A program made the position numbers and the translations under genes. A stretch of DNA of 64,000 nucleotides from Clostridia bacterium. GTDB taxonomy: Bacteria > Bacillota > Clostridia > Oscillospirales > UBA644. The stretch covers positions 134,035-198,034 of the forward strand of contig JAFRTE010000007.1 of NCBI GenBank assembly GCA_017427285.1, read 5' to 3'. The notes under the pieces were generated by a model. That model was not told the DNA's origin and ran no database searches. It was given only the letters and a program-made list of their open reading frames with translations. The number at the start of each line of letters is the position of its first letter. Positions within the stretch are counted from its first letter, which is position 1. Below, piece by piece: positions 26,409 through 35,637 of this stretch.

Positions 26409-26669
26409 TTTCGTTTTTTTGAATGTTCCGGCAATTATGAAAGACAATATAAGCAAAAGTATAATCGCAAAAAGAAAAACAGCGCCTTTTTTGATATCAA
26501 CATCGAGTTTAATGCTGATTTTTTCCGATAAAAAATCCGAAAAGGATCTTGTACGTTCGGCTGTATTTTTATTATCCGAGACATCCAAATAACCGCCGCG
26601 AATTTTTGAAAATACCGAATCGGTGATATTTCCGATGGTATCGTAAAGCACACTTAAAAGTTTATTCAT
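26406..26669 (-). CDS. Small C-terminally anchored membrane protein, unknown function
   Basis: 87 aa with C-terminal TM AVFLFAIILLLILSFIIAG. Last gene of the ffh-trmD operon. Confidence 0.55.
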   Translation of the reverse strand: MNKLLSVLYDTIGNITDSVFSKIRGGYLDVSDNKNTAERTRSFSDFLSEKISIKLDVDIKKGAVFLFAIILLLILSFIIAGTFKKTK

Positions 26670-26678
26670 AAAGACACC

Positions 26679-27377
26679 TCACTTTTTTGATTTTTTAAGA
26701 TATCTTCTGTATAGGTCCCCTCGCCTCTGGCGGGTGATTTCAAGTGATTTTTCAAGTTTCCATTTTGCTATAAGCGCGTGATTGCCGTTTTGAAGCACCT
26801 GAGGCACTTCGAGCCCCTCATAAACCGGAGGACGGGTATACTGCGGATGCTCGAGAAGACCGGAATATATGCTTTCGTCTTCGTAGCACGAACTGTCCGC
26901 AAGAACGCCCGGAACCATTCGTGAAACTGCGTCCACGACAGCCATTGCGGGTATTTCGCCACCCGTAAGGACATAATCGCCCAATGATATTTCTTCATCT
27001 ACGATCAAGTCTATTGCGCGCTGATCAAGACCCTCGTAATGACCGCACAGGAGAGTGATATTGCTTTTTTTTAAAAGAGATTTTGCTTTGAACTGAGTGA
27101 ATTTCTTTCCTTTCGGAGACAGATACACGCAGTAAGTATCGGGGACGGCGCTTTTAATATGATTGAAACAGTCGCAAACGGGCTGCGGCTGCATCACCAT
27201 ACCTTTTCCGCCGCCGTAGACATAATCGTCAACGCGATTGTGTCTGTCTTTTGTGAAATCGCGGATATTATGACAGACTACTTCTATAAGTCCCGCTTTT
27301 CTTGCTCTTCCGATTATGCTTGAAGAAAGAAAAGCGTCAACCTCTTCGGGGAAAAGAGTCATTATATCGAATCTCAT
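26679..27377 (-). CDS. trmD: tRNA (guanine37-N1)-methyltransferase
   Basis: N-terminus MRFDIMTLFPE plus LCGHYEGLDQR and GGEIPAMAVVDA motifs. GAGGA lies 5 nt before ATG 27377; the ORF-track start is 27392. Confidence 0.92.
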   Translation of the reverse strand: MRFDIMTLFPEEVDAFLSSSIIGRARKAGLIEVVCHNIRDFTKDRHNRVDDYVYGGGKGMVMQPQPVCDCFNHIKSAVPDTYCVYLSPKGKKFTQFKAKSLLKKSNITLLCGHYEGLDQRAIDLIVDEEISLGDYVLTGGEIPAMAVVDAVSRMVPGVLADSSCYEDESIYSGLLEHPQYTRPPVYEGLEVPQVLQNGNHALIAKWKLEKSLEITRQRRGDLYRRYLKKSKK

Positions 27378-27378
27378 T

Positions 27379-27879
27379 TCAATCCTCGTCAAACAGTCCG
27401 TTCAAAGGTCGGATCTTCATGATCTTTTTTTCAATATCTGTTTCGGTTATGACCTGTTTTATTGCCGGGATCATTCGAACCGTACCTTCGGAGTCGGTGA
27501 TCTCGTAAACGTCGTTTGCGCCTGTTTTAAGCACATCCGTGATAGTACCGTAATTTTTTCCGCTGTCGGCGTCTATGACATTGAGCGTTAAAAGGTCTTT
27601 AATAAAATACTCTCCTTCTGCAAGAGAGAAGAAGCTTCTTTCGACAAATATTATTTTGTTTCTGAGAAGTTCGGCTTTGTTAAGGTTGTCAATTCCGTAG
27701 AATTTATACAGGATATTGGACTTGTGTATTCTTGCGTATTCGATATCGAATCTGTGTCCGTCTATAAAGACGTATTCGAAATCAAGCATTATCTCGGGGC
27801 TGTCAGCCCAGGGTTGAACTTTTACTTCTCCGTTTATACCGTGTGTGCCGACGACCTTACCGGTTTCTATGAGATCCAT
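27379..27879 (-). CDS. rimM: 16S rRNA processing protein RimM
   Basis: GKVVGTHGINGEVKV motif. Position between the KH protein gene and trmD. Confidence 0.9.
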   Translation of the reverse strand: MDLIETGKVVGTHGINGEVKVQPWADSPEIMLDFEYVFIDGHRFDIEYARIHKSNILYKFYGIDNLNKAELLRNKIIFVERSFFSLAEGEYFIKDLLTLNVIDADSGKNYGTITDVLKTGANDVYEITDSEGTVRMIPAIKQVITETDIEKKIMKIRPLNGLFDED

Positions 27880-27891
27880 TTCCAGTCACGC

Positions 27892-28122
27892 TCACAGAAT
27901 ATCGATATTGATTTTTTCGCCTGTTTTGGCTGCGGCAGCTTTAACTACCTGACGGATCGCCTTTGCAACCCTGCCCTGCTTGCCTATAATGAAGCCCTTG
28001 TCTTCGTTTGCAACAGTAAGATTGTAAATAACGGCGTCTTCACGCATATCGCCCTTTTCGACCTTGACGGCGTCGGGATTGTTTACGAGTCTTTTAACAA
28101 TATACAAAATCAATTCTTCCAT
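27892..28122 (-). CDS. KH-domain RNA-binding protein (YlqC family)
   Basis: 76 aa with the GIIIGKQGR-type motif FIIGKQGRVAKAIR. AAGGAA SD lies 8 nt upstream of 28122. Confidence 0.85.
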   Translation of the reverse strand: MEELILYIVKRLVNNPDAVKVEKGDMREDAVIYNLTVANEDKGFIIGKQGRVAKAIRQVVKAAAAKTGEKINIDIL

Positions 28123-28229
28123 GATAAGTATTCCTTTCTTAAAAAAAGAAGACATCACAATGCACAATGCATATTCCCGCTTTTTACAACGGAATTACGC
28201 ATTATGCATTGCGTATAACGGCATCTGAT

Positions 28230-28472
28230 TTACATTATGCCGTTCTTTTTGAATAAAGACTTGACAGTGTCTGTAGGCTGAGCGCCGTTCTTTATCCACT
28301 GGTTAGCTTTTTCCGCGTCGATCTTTACTTCGGACGGTTCTGCGAGGGGATTGTAAGTACCTATCTCCTCAATGAATCTGCCGTCTCTCGGAAAACGTGA
28401 ATCTGCGACAACAATGCGGTAGAAAGGAGTCTTTTTTGCGCCCATTCTGCGAAGTCTGATTTTTACAGCCAT
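28230..28472 (-). CDS. rpsP: 30S ribosomal protein S16
   Basis: N-terminus [30 protein letters not shown]. Confidence 0.95.
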   Translation of the reverse strand: MAVKIRLRRMGAKKTPFYRIVVADSRFPRDGRFIEEIGTYNPLAEPSEVKIDAEKANQWIKNGAQPTDTVKSLFKKNGIM

Positions 28473-28525
28473 TGAATTCACCTCTTTCGTGTTTGTTGGT
28501 ATGTTAAATATTTGGAACGCTTAAA

Positions 28526-29842
28526 TTATTTAAATCTGCGTCTGAACGCCGGAGTATTCATCTGCTTCATCATGGATTTCATCTGATCGAAGCTTTTAAG
28601 AAGACGATTGACGTCTTCAACTCTTGTGCCGCTGCCTGCCGCAATCCTGCGTTTTCTTGACGGAGTGATGATATCCGGACGTTCCCTTTCCTTCTTTGTC
28701 ATGGAAAGAATCATCGCTTCCGTTCTGGCAAGCTGACGTTCGTCTACTGAAAGATCCTGTTTGGCAAGCTTTGAAGCTCCGGGGATCATTTTAACAAGAT
28801 TGTCGAGAGGACCCATGGTCTTCAGCTGACGCATATTGTCGAGAAAATCATTGAAATCAAAGCGGTTTTTCATGATTTTCTTTTCGAGCTCCGCCGCCTT
28901 TTTTTCGTCGAAGGTCTGCTCGGCTTTTTCAATGAGGGTAAGCACGTCGCCCATGCCGAGGATCCTGGACGCCATTCTGTCCGGATGGAACTGTTCGAGA
29001 TCCCCCATTTTTTCACCGGTACCGATGAATTTTATTGGTTTGCCGGTCGTATGCTTAACCGAAAGAGCCGCGCCGCCGCGGGTATCGCCGTCTGTTTTCG
29101 TAAGAAGTACGCCCGTAATATCAAGGATATCGTTAAACGATTTTGCAACGTTTACGGCGTCCTGACCCGTCATAGCGTCTACGGTAAGGATGATCTCATT
29201 GGGCGAAACCGCCGTTTTGATATCTGATAGCTCCTGCATCAGCGCTTCGTCTATATGCAAACGTCCTGCGGTATCGAGAAAAACTATATCGTTTCCGTGG
29301 TCTTTTGCAAACGCAACCGCCTGTTTTGCAATTTCTACGGGCGGCGTGCCTTCCGGCATTGTAAAAACGGGAACGCCGATCTTCTCTCCGAGATACTGCA
29401 GCTGAAGAATAGCTGCCGGTCTGTAAATATCGCATGCGGCAAGCATCGGACGTTTGCCCATATTTTTGAAAAACAGCGCAAGCTTTGCGCAATGGGTAGT
29501 TTTACCCGCGCCCTGAAGTCCGCACAGCATAACGACTGTGGGAGGATGGGACGATAATTTGATGCGGTCGTTTTCGCCGCCCATAAAAGCGGTAAGCTCT
29601 TCATTTACTATCTTGATGACCTGCTGGGCGGGAGTTAAACTTTCGAGAACGTCAGCGCCGGTCGCTCTTTCGCTGACGGAGGCGACAAAGTCTTTGACGA
29701 CGTTGTAGTTTACGTCTGCGGAAAGAAGCGCGAGACGTATCTCACGCATGACGGCTTTGATGTCGCTCTCGGTAAGTTTGCCGTGTGATTTTAATTTTTT
29801 GAATATCGAGCCGAGTTTTTCGGATAAACTTTCAAATGCCAT
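28526..29842 (-). CDS. ffh: Signal recognition particle protein Ffh
   Basis: GLQGAGKTT P-loop, DTAGR and TKTDGD motifs, Met-rich C-terminal M domain. Confidence 0.95.
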   Translation of the reverse strand: MAFESLSEKLGSIFKKLKSHGKLTESDIKAVMREIRLALLSADVNYNVVKDFVASVSERATGADVLESLTPAQQVIKIVNEELTAFMGGENDRIKLSSHPPTVVMLCGLQGAGKTTHCAKLALFFKNMGKRPMLAACDIYRPAAILQLQYLGEKIGVPVFTMPEGTPPVEIAKQAVAFAKDHGNDIVFLDTAGRLHIDEALMQELSDIKTAVSPNEIILTVDAMTGQDAVNVAKSFNDILDITGVLLTKTDGDTRGGAALSVKHTTGKPIKFIGTGEKMGDLEQFHPDRMASRILGMGDVLTLIEKAEQTFDEKKAAELEKKIMKNRFDFNDFLDNMRQLKTMGPLDNLVKMIPGASKLAKQDLSVDERQLARTEAMILSMTKKERERPDIITPSRKRRIAAGSGTRVEDVNRLLKSFDQMKSMMKQMNTPAFRRRFK

Positions 29843-29846
29843 GTTA

Positions 29847-30242
29847 TCAGTTCTCTTCGCCGAGCGAATCGCTTGCGGTATCCATAATCTCGTTTAGTTT
29901 GTCGATGATATCGGACGGAAGAAACTTTCTCTGAGCAAAATCCTTAACGTATGAAGCGTTGCGATAGCAAACCTCAAGGGCCTGTCTTGTTGAATTGAAC
30001 TTATCGAGGAGACCGAGGCGCGCATCAGTATCGTAAAGAGTTGTTTCCGCACGCAGAAGGCTGTCTCTCACAGCCTGTCGCGTTATCGAGAGCTGCTCGG
30101 AGATTTCGGACAACGAATAGTCCTGCTGAAAATAAAGATCCATTGTCTGTTTCTGTTTTTCGGTCAGAATATTACCGTAAAGATCGAGAAGGAGACCGAT
30201 TTTGACTCTCTCTACCTCAGAAGAAACGTCTATGTTTAACAT
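29847..30242 (-). CDS. ylxM: YlxM/UPF0122 putative DNA-binding protein (sigma-70 region 4-like HTH)
   Basis: 131 aa with YFQQDYSLSEISEQLSITRQAV HTH. Canonical position upstream of ffh. Confidence 0.85.
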   Translation of the reverse strand: MLNIDVSSEVERVKIGLLLDLYGNILTEKQKQTMDLYFQQDYSLSEISEQLSITRQAVRDSLLRAETTLYDTDARLGLLDKFNSTRQALEVCYRNASYVKDFAQRKFLPSDIIDKLNEIMDTASDSLGEEN

Positions 30243-30394
30243 AATTTTCTGCAGACCTCCGTTGAAATTCTGTTTTTTCAGCGCTACTGTAAAGATATTT
30301 TGCTTTACATAATGTCATTATATCATATTTTTTTCGATTGTCAATAGGTCAATTGTGAATTTTATGAAAATAATTTTATTTTTTTAAATATTAC

Positions 30395-30423
30395 TTTACA
30401 AAAATTATTTTTTATGATATAAT
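30395..30423 (+). promoter_or_regulatory. rpsO promoter
   Basis: TTTACA, 17-nt spacer, TATAAT, with a TG extended -10 (TGATATAAT). Confidence 0.55.
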
Positions 30424-30527
30424 AGCTTTGTATGGCAAGATGTCATACCATTTTACCCTTTCTCAGTCGATCGCTCCACCGGCGTCGGCCCTGAAACGGG
30501 CATATTAACACATCGGAGGTGAAAAAC

Positions 30528-30791
30528 ATGATCCAGGAAAAGAAAGCAGAGATAATTTCCGCAAACCGTATTCATGAAAACGATACCGGTTCGCCGGAGG
30601 TTCAGATCGCTATTCTGACCGAACGCATCAGAAATCTTACCGAACACCTTAAGACCAACAAAAAGGATTTCCATTCCAGAAGAGGTCTTCAGAAAATGAT
30701 CGGTAAGAGAAGAAATCTGTTGAACTATCTGACAAAGAAGGACATCAACAGATACCGCGCGATCATAGAAAAGCTCGGCATCAGAAAATAA
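30528..30791 (+). CDS. rpsO: 30S ribosomal protein S15
   Basis: [10 protein letters not shown] and [15 protein letters not shown] motifs. GGAGG lies 8 nt upstream of ATG 30528. Confidence 0.95.
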   Translation: MIQEKKAEIISANRIHENDTGSPEVQIAILTERIRNLTEHLKTNKKDFHSRRGLQKMIGKRRNLLNYLTKKDINRYRAIIEKLGIRK

Positions 30792-30817
30792 GGTTTGCTT
30801 ATTTTCTACTCCGTGTG

Positions 30818-30942
30818 CTTTATGCCGTGGTCCACAGGAAAGTGAGATCACGGCATAAAGTTGAATAACGCGGTGCGGGTTTTGTTTGCGCAGTTAAGAA
30901 AGTTTTTTTGACAGGAAGATTTTCTTAACTGCTCAAACCCGC
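30818..30942 (+). promoter_or_regulatory. Two large hairpins in the rpsO-pnp intergenic/leader region
   Basis: First hairpin: 12-bp stem CTTTATGCCGTG / CACGGCATAAAG (30818-30860). Second: a ~68-nt bipartite hairpin, 8-bp GCGGGTTT/AAACCCGC plus 11-bp CAGTTAAGAAA/TTTCTTAACTG (30875-30942). Confidence 0.55.
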
Positions 30943-31008
30943 AGCGTAAGCCGAAACACGGAAAAACAAATAAAGAAAGGTAATGCGCAAAAGCGCAGAA
31001 AGGAAAAA

Positions 31009-33126
31009 ATGAACATTTACGCTAATTACAAAAAGCATGAAACTACGCTTGCGGGACGTCCTCTCGTAGTTGAAACAGGTAAATTTGCCGGACTTGCAAA
31101 CGGTTCCTGTATTGTAAGATACGGCGACACGACGATACTTGCAACGGCGACCGCATCTGAAAAACCCCGTGACGGAATAGACTTTTTCCCTCTTTCCGTT
31201 GATTTTGAAGAAAAGCTTTACAGCGTAGGCAAAATCCCCGGAAGCTGGGCAAGAAGAGAAGGAAGACCTTCGGAAAAAGCGATACTCGCATCAAGAGTTA
31301 TCGACCGTCCTATCCGTCCCCTTTTCCCGAAAGATATGAGAAACGACGTTGTTATAGACATACTCGTTTTATCGGTCGATCCCGACTGTTCGCCCGAAAT
31401 TGCCGGCATGATAGGCGCATCGATCGCTATATCGATATCCGATATTCCCTGGAACGGCCCGATAGGCGGCGTTTCACTCGGTTATGTTGACGGAGAATAC
31501 GTTATCAACCCGACAGCCGAACAGCGCGAAAAATCGGATATGTCCGTAACTATCGCCGCAACAAAAGAAAAGATCGTTATGATTGAAGCCGGAGCAAACG
31601 AAATTCCCGACGACGTAATGCTTAAAGGCATAATCTATGCTCACGGCATAATAAAAGAGCTCGTTGATTTTATTCAGGGCATAAAAGACGAAATTGGAAA
31701 GCCGAAATTTGAATATCCGAGTTTTGCCGTTAACGAAGAGATCTACGAAGAAGTAAAAGCTTACTGTTACGACGCTATGAAGCTCGCTCTCAACCATGAC
31801 GACAAAGACGAGCGCGACGCGGCAATAGGCGAAGTTACAAAAGACGTTAATGAGCATTTCGCAGAAATTTATCCCGACGAGGGCGCTGCTCTTGCCGAAG
31901 CTCTTTACAAAACGCAGAAATATATTGTCCGCAAAGAGCTTTACGAAGAACATAAACGTGTTGACGGCCGCGGACTTGAAGAAATACGTCCCCTTTACGC
32001 GGAAGCCGGTCTTATCCCCCGCGTTCACGGTTCGGGTCTTTTCTCAAGAGGTCAGACGCAGGTGCTCACGATAGCAACTCTCGGTTCGCTCAAAGACAGC
32101 CAGACACTCGACTCGATCGACGAAGAAGCTACAAAACGCTATATGCATCACTACAATATGCCCGGCTATTCAACGGGCGAAGCAAAGGCAGTCCGCAGCG
32201 CGGGCAGACGTGAGATCGGACATGGCGCACTTGCGGAACGTTCGCTTGAACCGGTCCTCCCCTCCGTTGAAGAATTCCCCTACGCTATAAGACTTGTTTC
32301 GGAAGTACTTTCCTCGAATGGTTCGACCTCTCAGGGTTCAGTTTGCGGAAGCACGCTTGCGCTTATGGACGCGGGAGTCCCGATCAAACGTCCCGTTGCA
32401 GGTATCAGCTGCGGACTTATAACAGGCGAAGACGGCGGCTGGCTTACGATGGTAGATATTCAGGGTCTTGAAGACTTTTTCGGCGATATGGACTTCAAGG
32501 TTGCCGGAACGATGAACGGTATTACGTCAATCCAGGTCGATATCAAAGTTGACGGTCTTACATACGAAATAATCGAAAAAGCTTTTGAGCAGACAAGAAA
32601 AGGCCGCGAACACATAATCAACGATATCCTTCTCAAAGCAATCCCTGCTCCGCGTCCCGAACTTTCGAAGTATGCTCCGAAGATAATAACCTACAATATT
32701 CCTTCCGACAAGATAAGCGAAGTTATAGGTAAACAGGGCAAAGTTATCCAGAAGATCACCGCCGATACAGGCGCGCAGATCGACATTGAGGAAGACGGCG
32801 GATACGGACACTGCTATATTTCCTACACCGATCCTCAGGCGGGTCAGAATGCCCTCAACATTATTAAAACGATCGTTGACGGACCCGAAGAAGGAACGAT
32901 CTTCCTTGCAAGGGTAACGAAGATTATCCCCATAGGCGCGTTTGTTGAATTTGTCCCCGGCAAAGAAGGCCTTGTTCACATTTCTCAGCTCGATGAAAAA
33001 CGTGTAGCCAAGGTTGAAGACGTTGTTTCCGTAGGCGACGAAATCTGGGTTAAATATATGGGTACTGACAATATGGGAAGAACCAACTTCTCCCGCAAAG
33101 CCGCCCTTGCCGACAGAGGTCTTTAA
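31009..33126 (+). CDS. pnp: Polyribonucleotide nucleotidyltransferase (PNPase)
   Basis: 705 aa. Two RNase PH domains, a KH domain (GKQGKVIQKI) and a C-terminal S1 domain. Confidence 0.95.
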   Translation: MNIYANYKKHETTLAGRPLVVETGKFAGLANGSCIVRYGDTTILATATASEKPRDGIDFFPLSVDFEEKLYSVGKIPGSWARREGRPSEKAILASRVIDRPIRPLFPKDMRNDVVIDILVLSVDPDCSPEIAGMIGASIAISISDIPWNGPIGGVSLGYVDGEYVINPTAEQREKSDMSVTIAATKEKIVMIEAGANEIPDDVMLKGIIYAHGIIKELVDFIQGIKDEIGKPKFEYPSFAVNEEIYEEVKAYCYDAMKLALNHDDKDERDAAIGEVTKDVNEHFAEIYPDEGAALAEALYKTQKYIVRKELYEEHKRVDGRGLEEIRPLYAEAGLIPRVHGSGLFSRGQTQVLTIATLGSLKDSQTLDSIDEEATKRYMHHYNMPGYSTGEAKAVRSAGRREIGHGALAERSLEPVLPSVEEFPYAIRLVSEVLSSNGSTSQGSVCGSTLALMDAGVPIKRPVAGISCGLITGEDGGWLTMVDIQGLEDFFGDMDFKVAGTMNGITSIQVDIKVDGLTYEIIEKAFEQTRKGREHIINDILLKAIPAPRPELSKYAPKIITYNIPSDKISEVIGKQGKVIQKITADTGAQIDIEEDGGYGHCYISYTDPQAGQNALNIIKTIVDGPEEGTIFLARVTKIIPIGAFVEFVPGKEGLVHISQLDEKRVAKVEDVVSVGDEIWVKYMGTDNMGRTNFSRKAALADRGL

Positions 33127-33158
33127 CAATAATCGGCAAAAAAACGACAAAACATATT

Positions 33159-33192
33159 CGGACAGCATCCCTCAGGGGCGCTGTCCGTTTTA
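33159..33192 (+). terminator. pnp terminator
   Basis: 8-bp stem CGGACAGC/GCTGTCCG followed by TTTTA. Confidence 0.6.
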
Positions 33193-33221
33193 TATTAAAG
33201 TGAAATATTGAAACGGCGGTA

Positions 33222-33250
33222 TTGACAAATCAACGCAAATGTGATATAAT
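33222..33250 (+). promoter_or_regulatory. tRNA-Gln promoter
   Basis: TTGACA, 17-nt spacer, TATAAT. Confidence 0.65.
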
Positions 33251-33271
33251 TATTTAATGTCAGCAAAACGG

Positions 33272-33347
33272 TGGGATATAGCCAAGTCGGTAAGGCACAG
33301 GACTTTGACTCCTGCATCCGCTGGTTCGAGTCCAGCTATCCCAGCCA
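33272..33347 (+). tRNA. tRNA-Gln (anticodon UUG), CCA encoded
   Basis: Acceptor TGGGATA/TATCCCA, anticodon stem CAGGA/TCCTG with loop CTTTGAC, T-arm GCTGG-TTCGAGT-CCAGC. Confidence 0.9.
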
Positions 33348-33381
33348 AGGACCCGGGAACTTATGTTTTCGGGTCTTTTTT
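33348..33381 (+). terminator. tRNA-Gln terminator
   Basis: GACCCG / CGGGTC stem followed by T6. Confidence 0.6.
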
Positions 33382-33506
33382 GTGCCGAATTGCATATTCA
33401 TAAATTTTTGCATAAAAGCAGTTTTGCTATTGACTTTAACCGTCTTATGTGGTATACTTATATTAAAGAAACATACAATAATTTTTCACAGTATCAGAGG
33501 TAGAAA

Positions 33507-34010
33507 ATGGCAAAAAAAATCACTTCAATGTTTAAAAGTTATGTTTTTGACGGCGTGCTTTTAATTGCTCTCGGAATCGCGATGCTCATATGGCCTCAGG
33601 AATCGCTTAAAACTCTCTGTTATGTAATAGGCGCGGTTTTTGCCGCCATGGGTATTATTAAAGTAATTGCATTTTTAGCGAAAAAATCGAAAAATTCGTC
33701 GGGAATGTTTGTCGGTCTTTTGCAGGTAGCGATAGGATGCGCATTGATTTTTGCTTCGGATTTCTTTATCTCGTTTTTCCACTTCATAACCGCATTTATT
33801 CTTCTTTACGGCGCGATAATGATGTTTATCAACGCATTCAATCTGCGAAAAGTATTCGGAATGATGTTTATGATTTCGCTGATATTTGCCGTGATCACGC
33901 TTGTTTTTGCGATAATAATCCTTACAAACCCGGCATTTTTAATTCAGCTCGGAGGAATTGCGCTGATTGTTGAAGGACTTGCCATGGTGGTAGTTTTAAG
34001 GACCGTTTAA
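33507..34010 (+). CDS. HdeD/DUF308-family membrane protein
   Basis: 167 aa, six predicted TM helices, N-terminal LLIALGIAMLIWPQ pattern. Confidence 0.65.
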   Translation: MAKKITSMFKSYVFDGVLLIALGIAMLIWPQESLKTLCYVIGAVFAAMGIIKVIAFLAKKSKNSSGMFVGLLQVAIGCALIFASDFFISFFHFITAFILLYGAIMMFINAFNLRKVFGMMFMISLIFAVITLVFAIIILTNPAFLIQLGGIALIVEGLAMVVVLRTV

Positions 34011-34025
34011 GAGAATACAAATTAT

Positions 34026-34064
34026 ACAAAAATCAGAGACTGCGACGCAGCCTCTGATTTTTGT
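34026..34064. terminator. Bidirectional terminator between convergent genes
   Basis: 13-bp stem ACAAAAATCAGAG / CTCTGATTTTTGT. Confidence 0.65.
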
Positions 34065-34077
34065 ATGTTTTAGATTT

Positions 34078-35613
34078 TCAGCAAACGAAGGAGACGCTGA
34101 TCTTGCCGTTTTCGGAGCGGACTTCTGTAGGTGAAGCAAAAACGCCGGAATCAAGTCGGATCTTATATTTTCTGTCAAGATAGCGAAGCGATAATTCGCG
34201 CTCGCTAAAGGACAATACTTCGGGGATCTCTTTTCCCTTTCTGCCAAACAGATAAGCCATAGAAAAATCACTCTCCGACGTGACGGAAAATCCGTCTTTT
34301 TCAAGCAGAAAATCAAAATTACCGTATGATACCTTGGCGCTGTCGTTTCCGATATCGGAAAATTCCATTTTATCGGAAAGTAATTCTTTTCCGTCACGGA
34401 GTATACGGACGCCGGCAAGAACTCCCGAGCCGCTGTGTCTGTTTCCGTCAACGAGAGGTAGAGTTTCGTATGCGGCGTCGTTTGCCGTGCAGACTGTATC
34501 TTCGAACGGATCGGGCATTTTTTCGTCGAAAATATGGATATCGCGGATTCTGAACGAGTTGCTGTCAGAATACAGATTTATTCTGTACAGATCGGAACAG
34601 TACCAGACTGACGTTTTGTTATCGTCGTCATACGCATTATGCGCCGTTATTGCTGAAGACGGTGTGTGAGTATATGTTTTTTTATACCATTTCCCCGTAT
34701 CGCCGAGTTTTTCTACGGATATTTTGCCCTCTGCGGCGAGTTTTGCAAAAAGCGGGAACTGATATTCTATTCCTTTTCCCATACTCTTCCAGCTCATGCT
34801 GTTTTCCTGTCCCGCCTGTGCGTATCCGAAAGAGAGACATTCTCCGTTGAAGTTTTCACGCATATACCAATCGACCCACGCAGGATCTCCCCCGCCGCCT
34901 TCGTTCTGATAGACGGGTTCGAGCGTAATAACGCCCTGAACGAGATGTTCGTTATCTGAAACGTTTACGCCTCTGTCATACTGATAAACATGGTCGGAGC
35001 CGAGCATTCTGAAAAGCGGGACGGATATCTGCTCTTCGGATGTGCGCGCAGGGATAAATACGTTTGTTTTACTCGGATAGTATCCCTGTCCGTAATAACC
35101 GCCCCAGAGCGTGTATCCGTCTGTGCCGTACTGCTCTTTGCAGTTGCACATTGCGTCAAGGCCGTATTTTTCGGTTATATAGCGAACGGTGTGTGTATCA
35201 AAAAACCACGAGCCGAAAACGCGCGGATATTTACCGAATATCTCGCGGAATTTTTCGAAAAGGACATCGGCAAGCATCTCTCTCTGTTTTTTGGTGTACC
35301 CTACAGAAAAGCCGCAATGAACATGCCAGTCCCAGGGGAAACGGCCTGTCCATGGGATCCCTACCGCTTCGCACTGGGGCTGAACGATTTCGAACCAGAC
35401 GCCGAGCTCAAACTGTTCGGGATCGAGCGATTTTAGCATATCGGTATAAACGTTATCGATGAGAGCGTCGTATTGAAGAAGAAAAGTGCCTTTCAGATTA
35501 TACTGCTGCATCAGTTCTATCTGATGTCGAACAGGTTCGACAAGGTCTACGTAGCAACGCGGCTCAACATCGCGTATAAAGTTGATAATATTAACGATTT
35601 GTTTTTTTGACAT
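34078..35613 (-). CDS. Hypothetical cytoplasmic protein, possibly carbohydrate-active (family not recognised)
   Basis: 511-aa ORF with no signal peptide and a Trp/Tyr-rich N-terminal half. Confidence 0.5.
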   Translation of the reverse strand: MSKKQIVNIINFIRDVEPRCYVDLVEPVRHQIELMQQYNLKGTFLLQYDALIDNVYTDMLKSLDPEQFELGVWFEIVQPQCEAVGIPWTGRFPWDWHVHCGFSVGYTKKQREMLADVLFEKFREIFGKYPRVFGSWFFDTHTVRYITEKYGLDAMCNCKEQYGTDGYTLWGGYYGQGYYPSKTNVFIPARTSEEQISVPLFRMLGSDHVYQYDRGVNVSDNEHLVQGVITLEPVYQNEGGGGDPAWVDWYMRENFNGECLSFGYAQAGQENSMSWKSMGKGIEYQFPLFAKLAAEGKISVEKLGDTGKWYKKTYTHTPSSAITAHNAYDDDNKTSVWYCSDLYRINLYSDSNSFRIRDIHIFDEKMPDPFEDTVCTANDAAYETLPLVDGNRHSGSGVLAGVRILRDGKELLSDKMEFSDIGNDSAKVSYGNFDFLLEKDGFSVTSESDFSMAYLFGRKGKEIPEVLSFSERELSLRYLDRKYKIRLDSGVFASPTEVRSENGKISVSFVC

Positions 35614-35637
35614 GGATTTCTCCTTTTTTATTAGATA

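Noticed and set aside
30440-30527. A possible S15 autoregulatory leader structure upstream of rpsO.
   Set aside because: I could not fold a convincing pseudoknot or three-way junction by eye. I report only the promoter.
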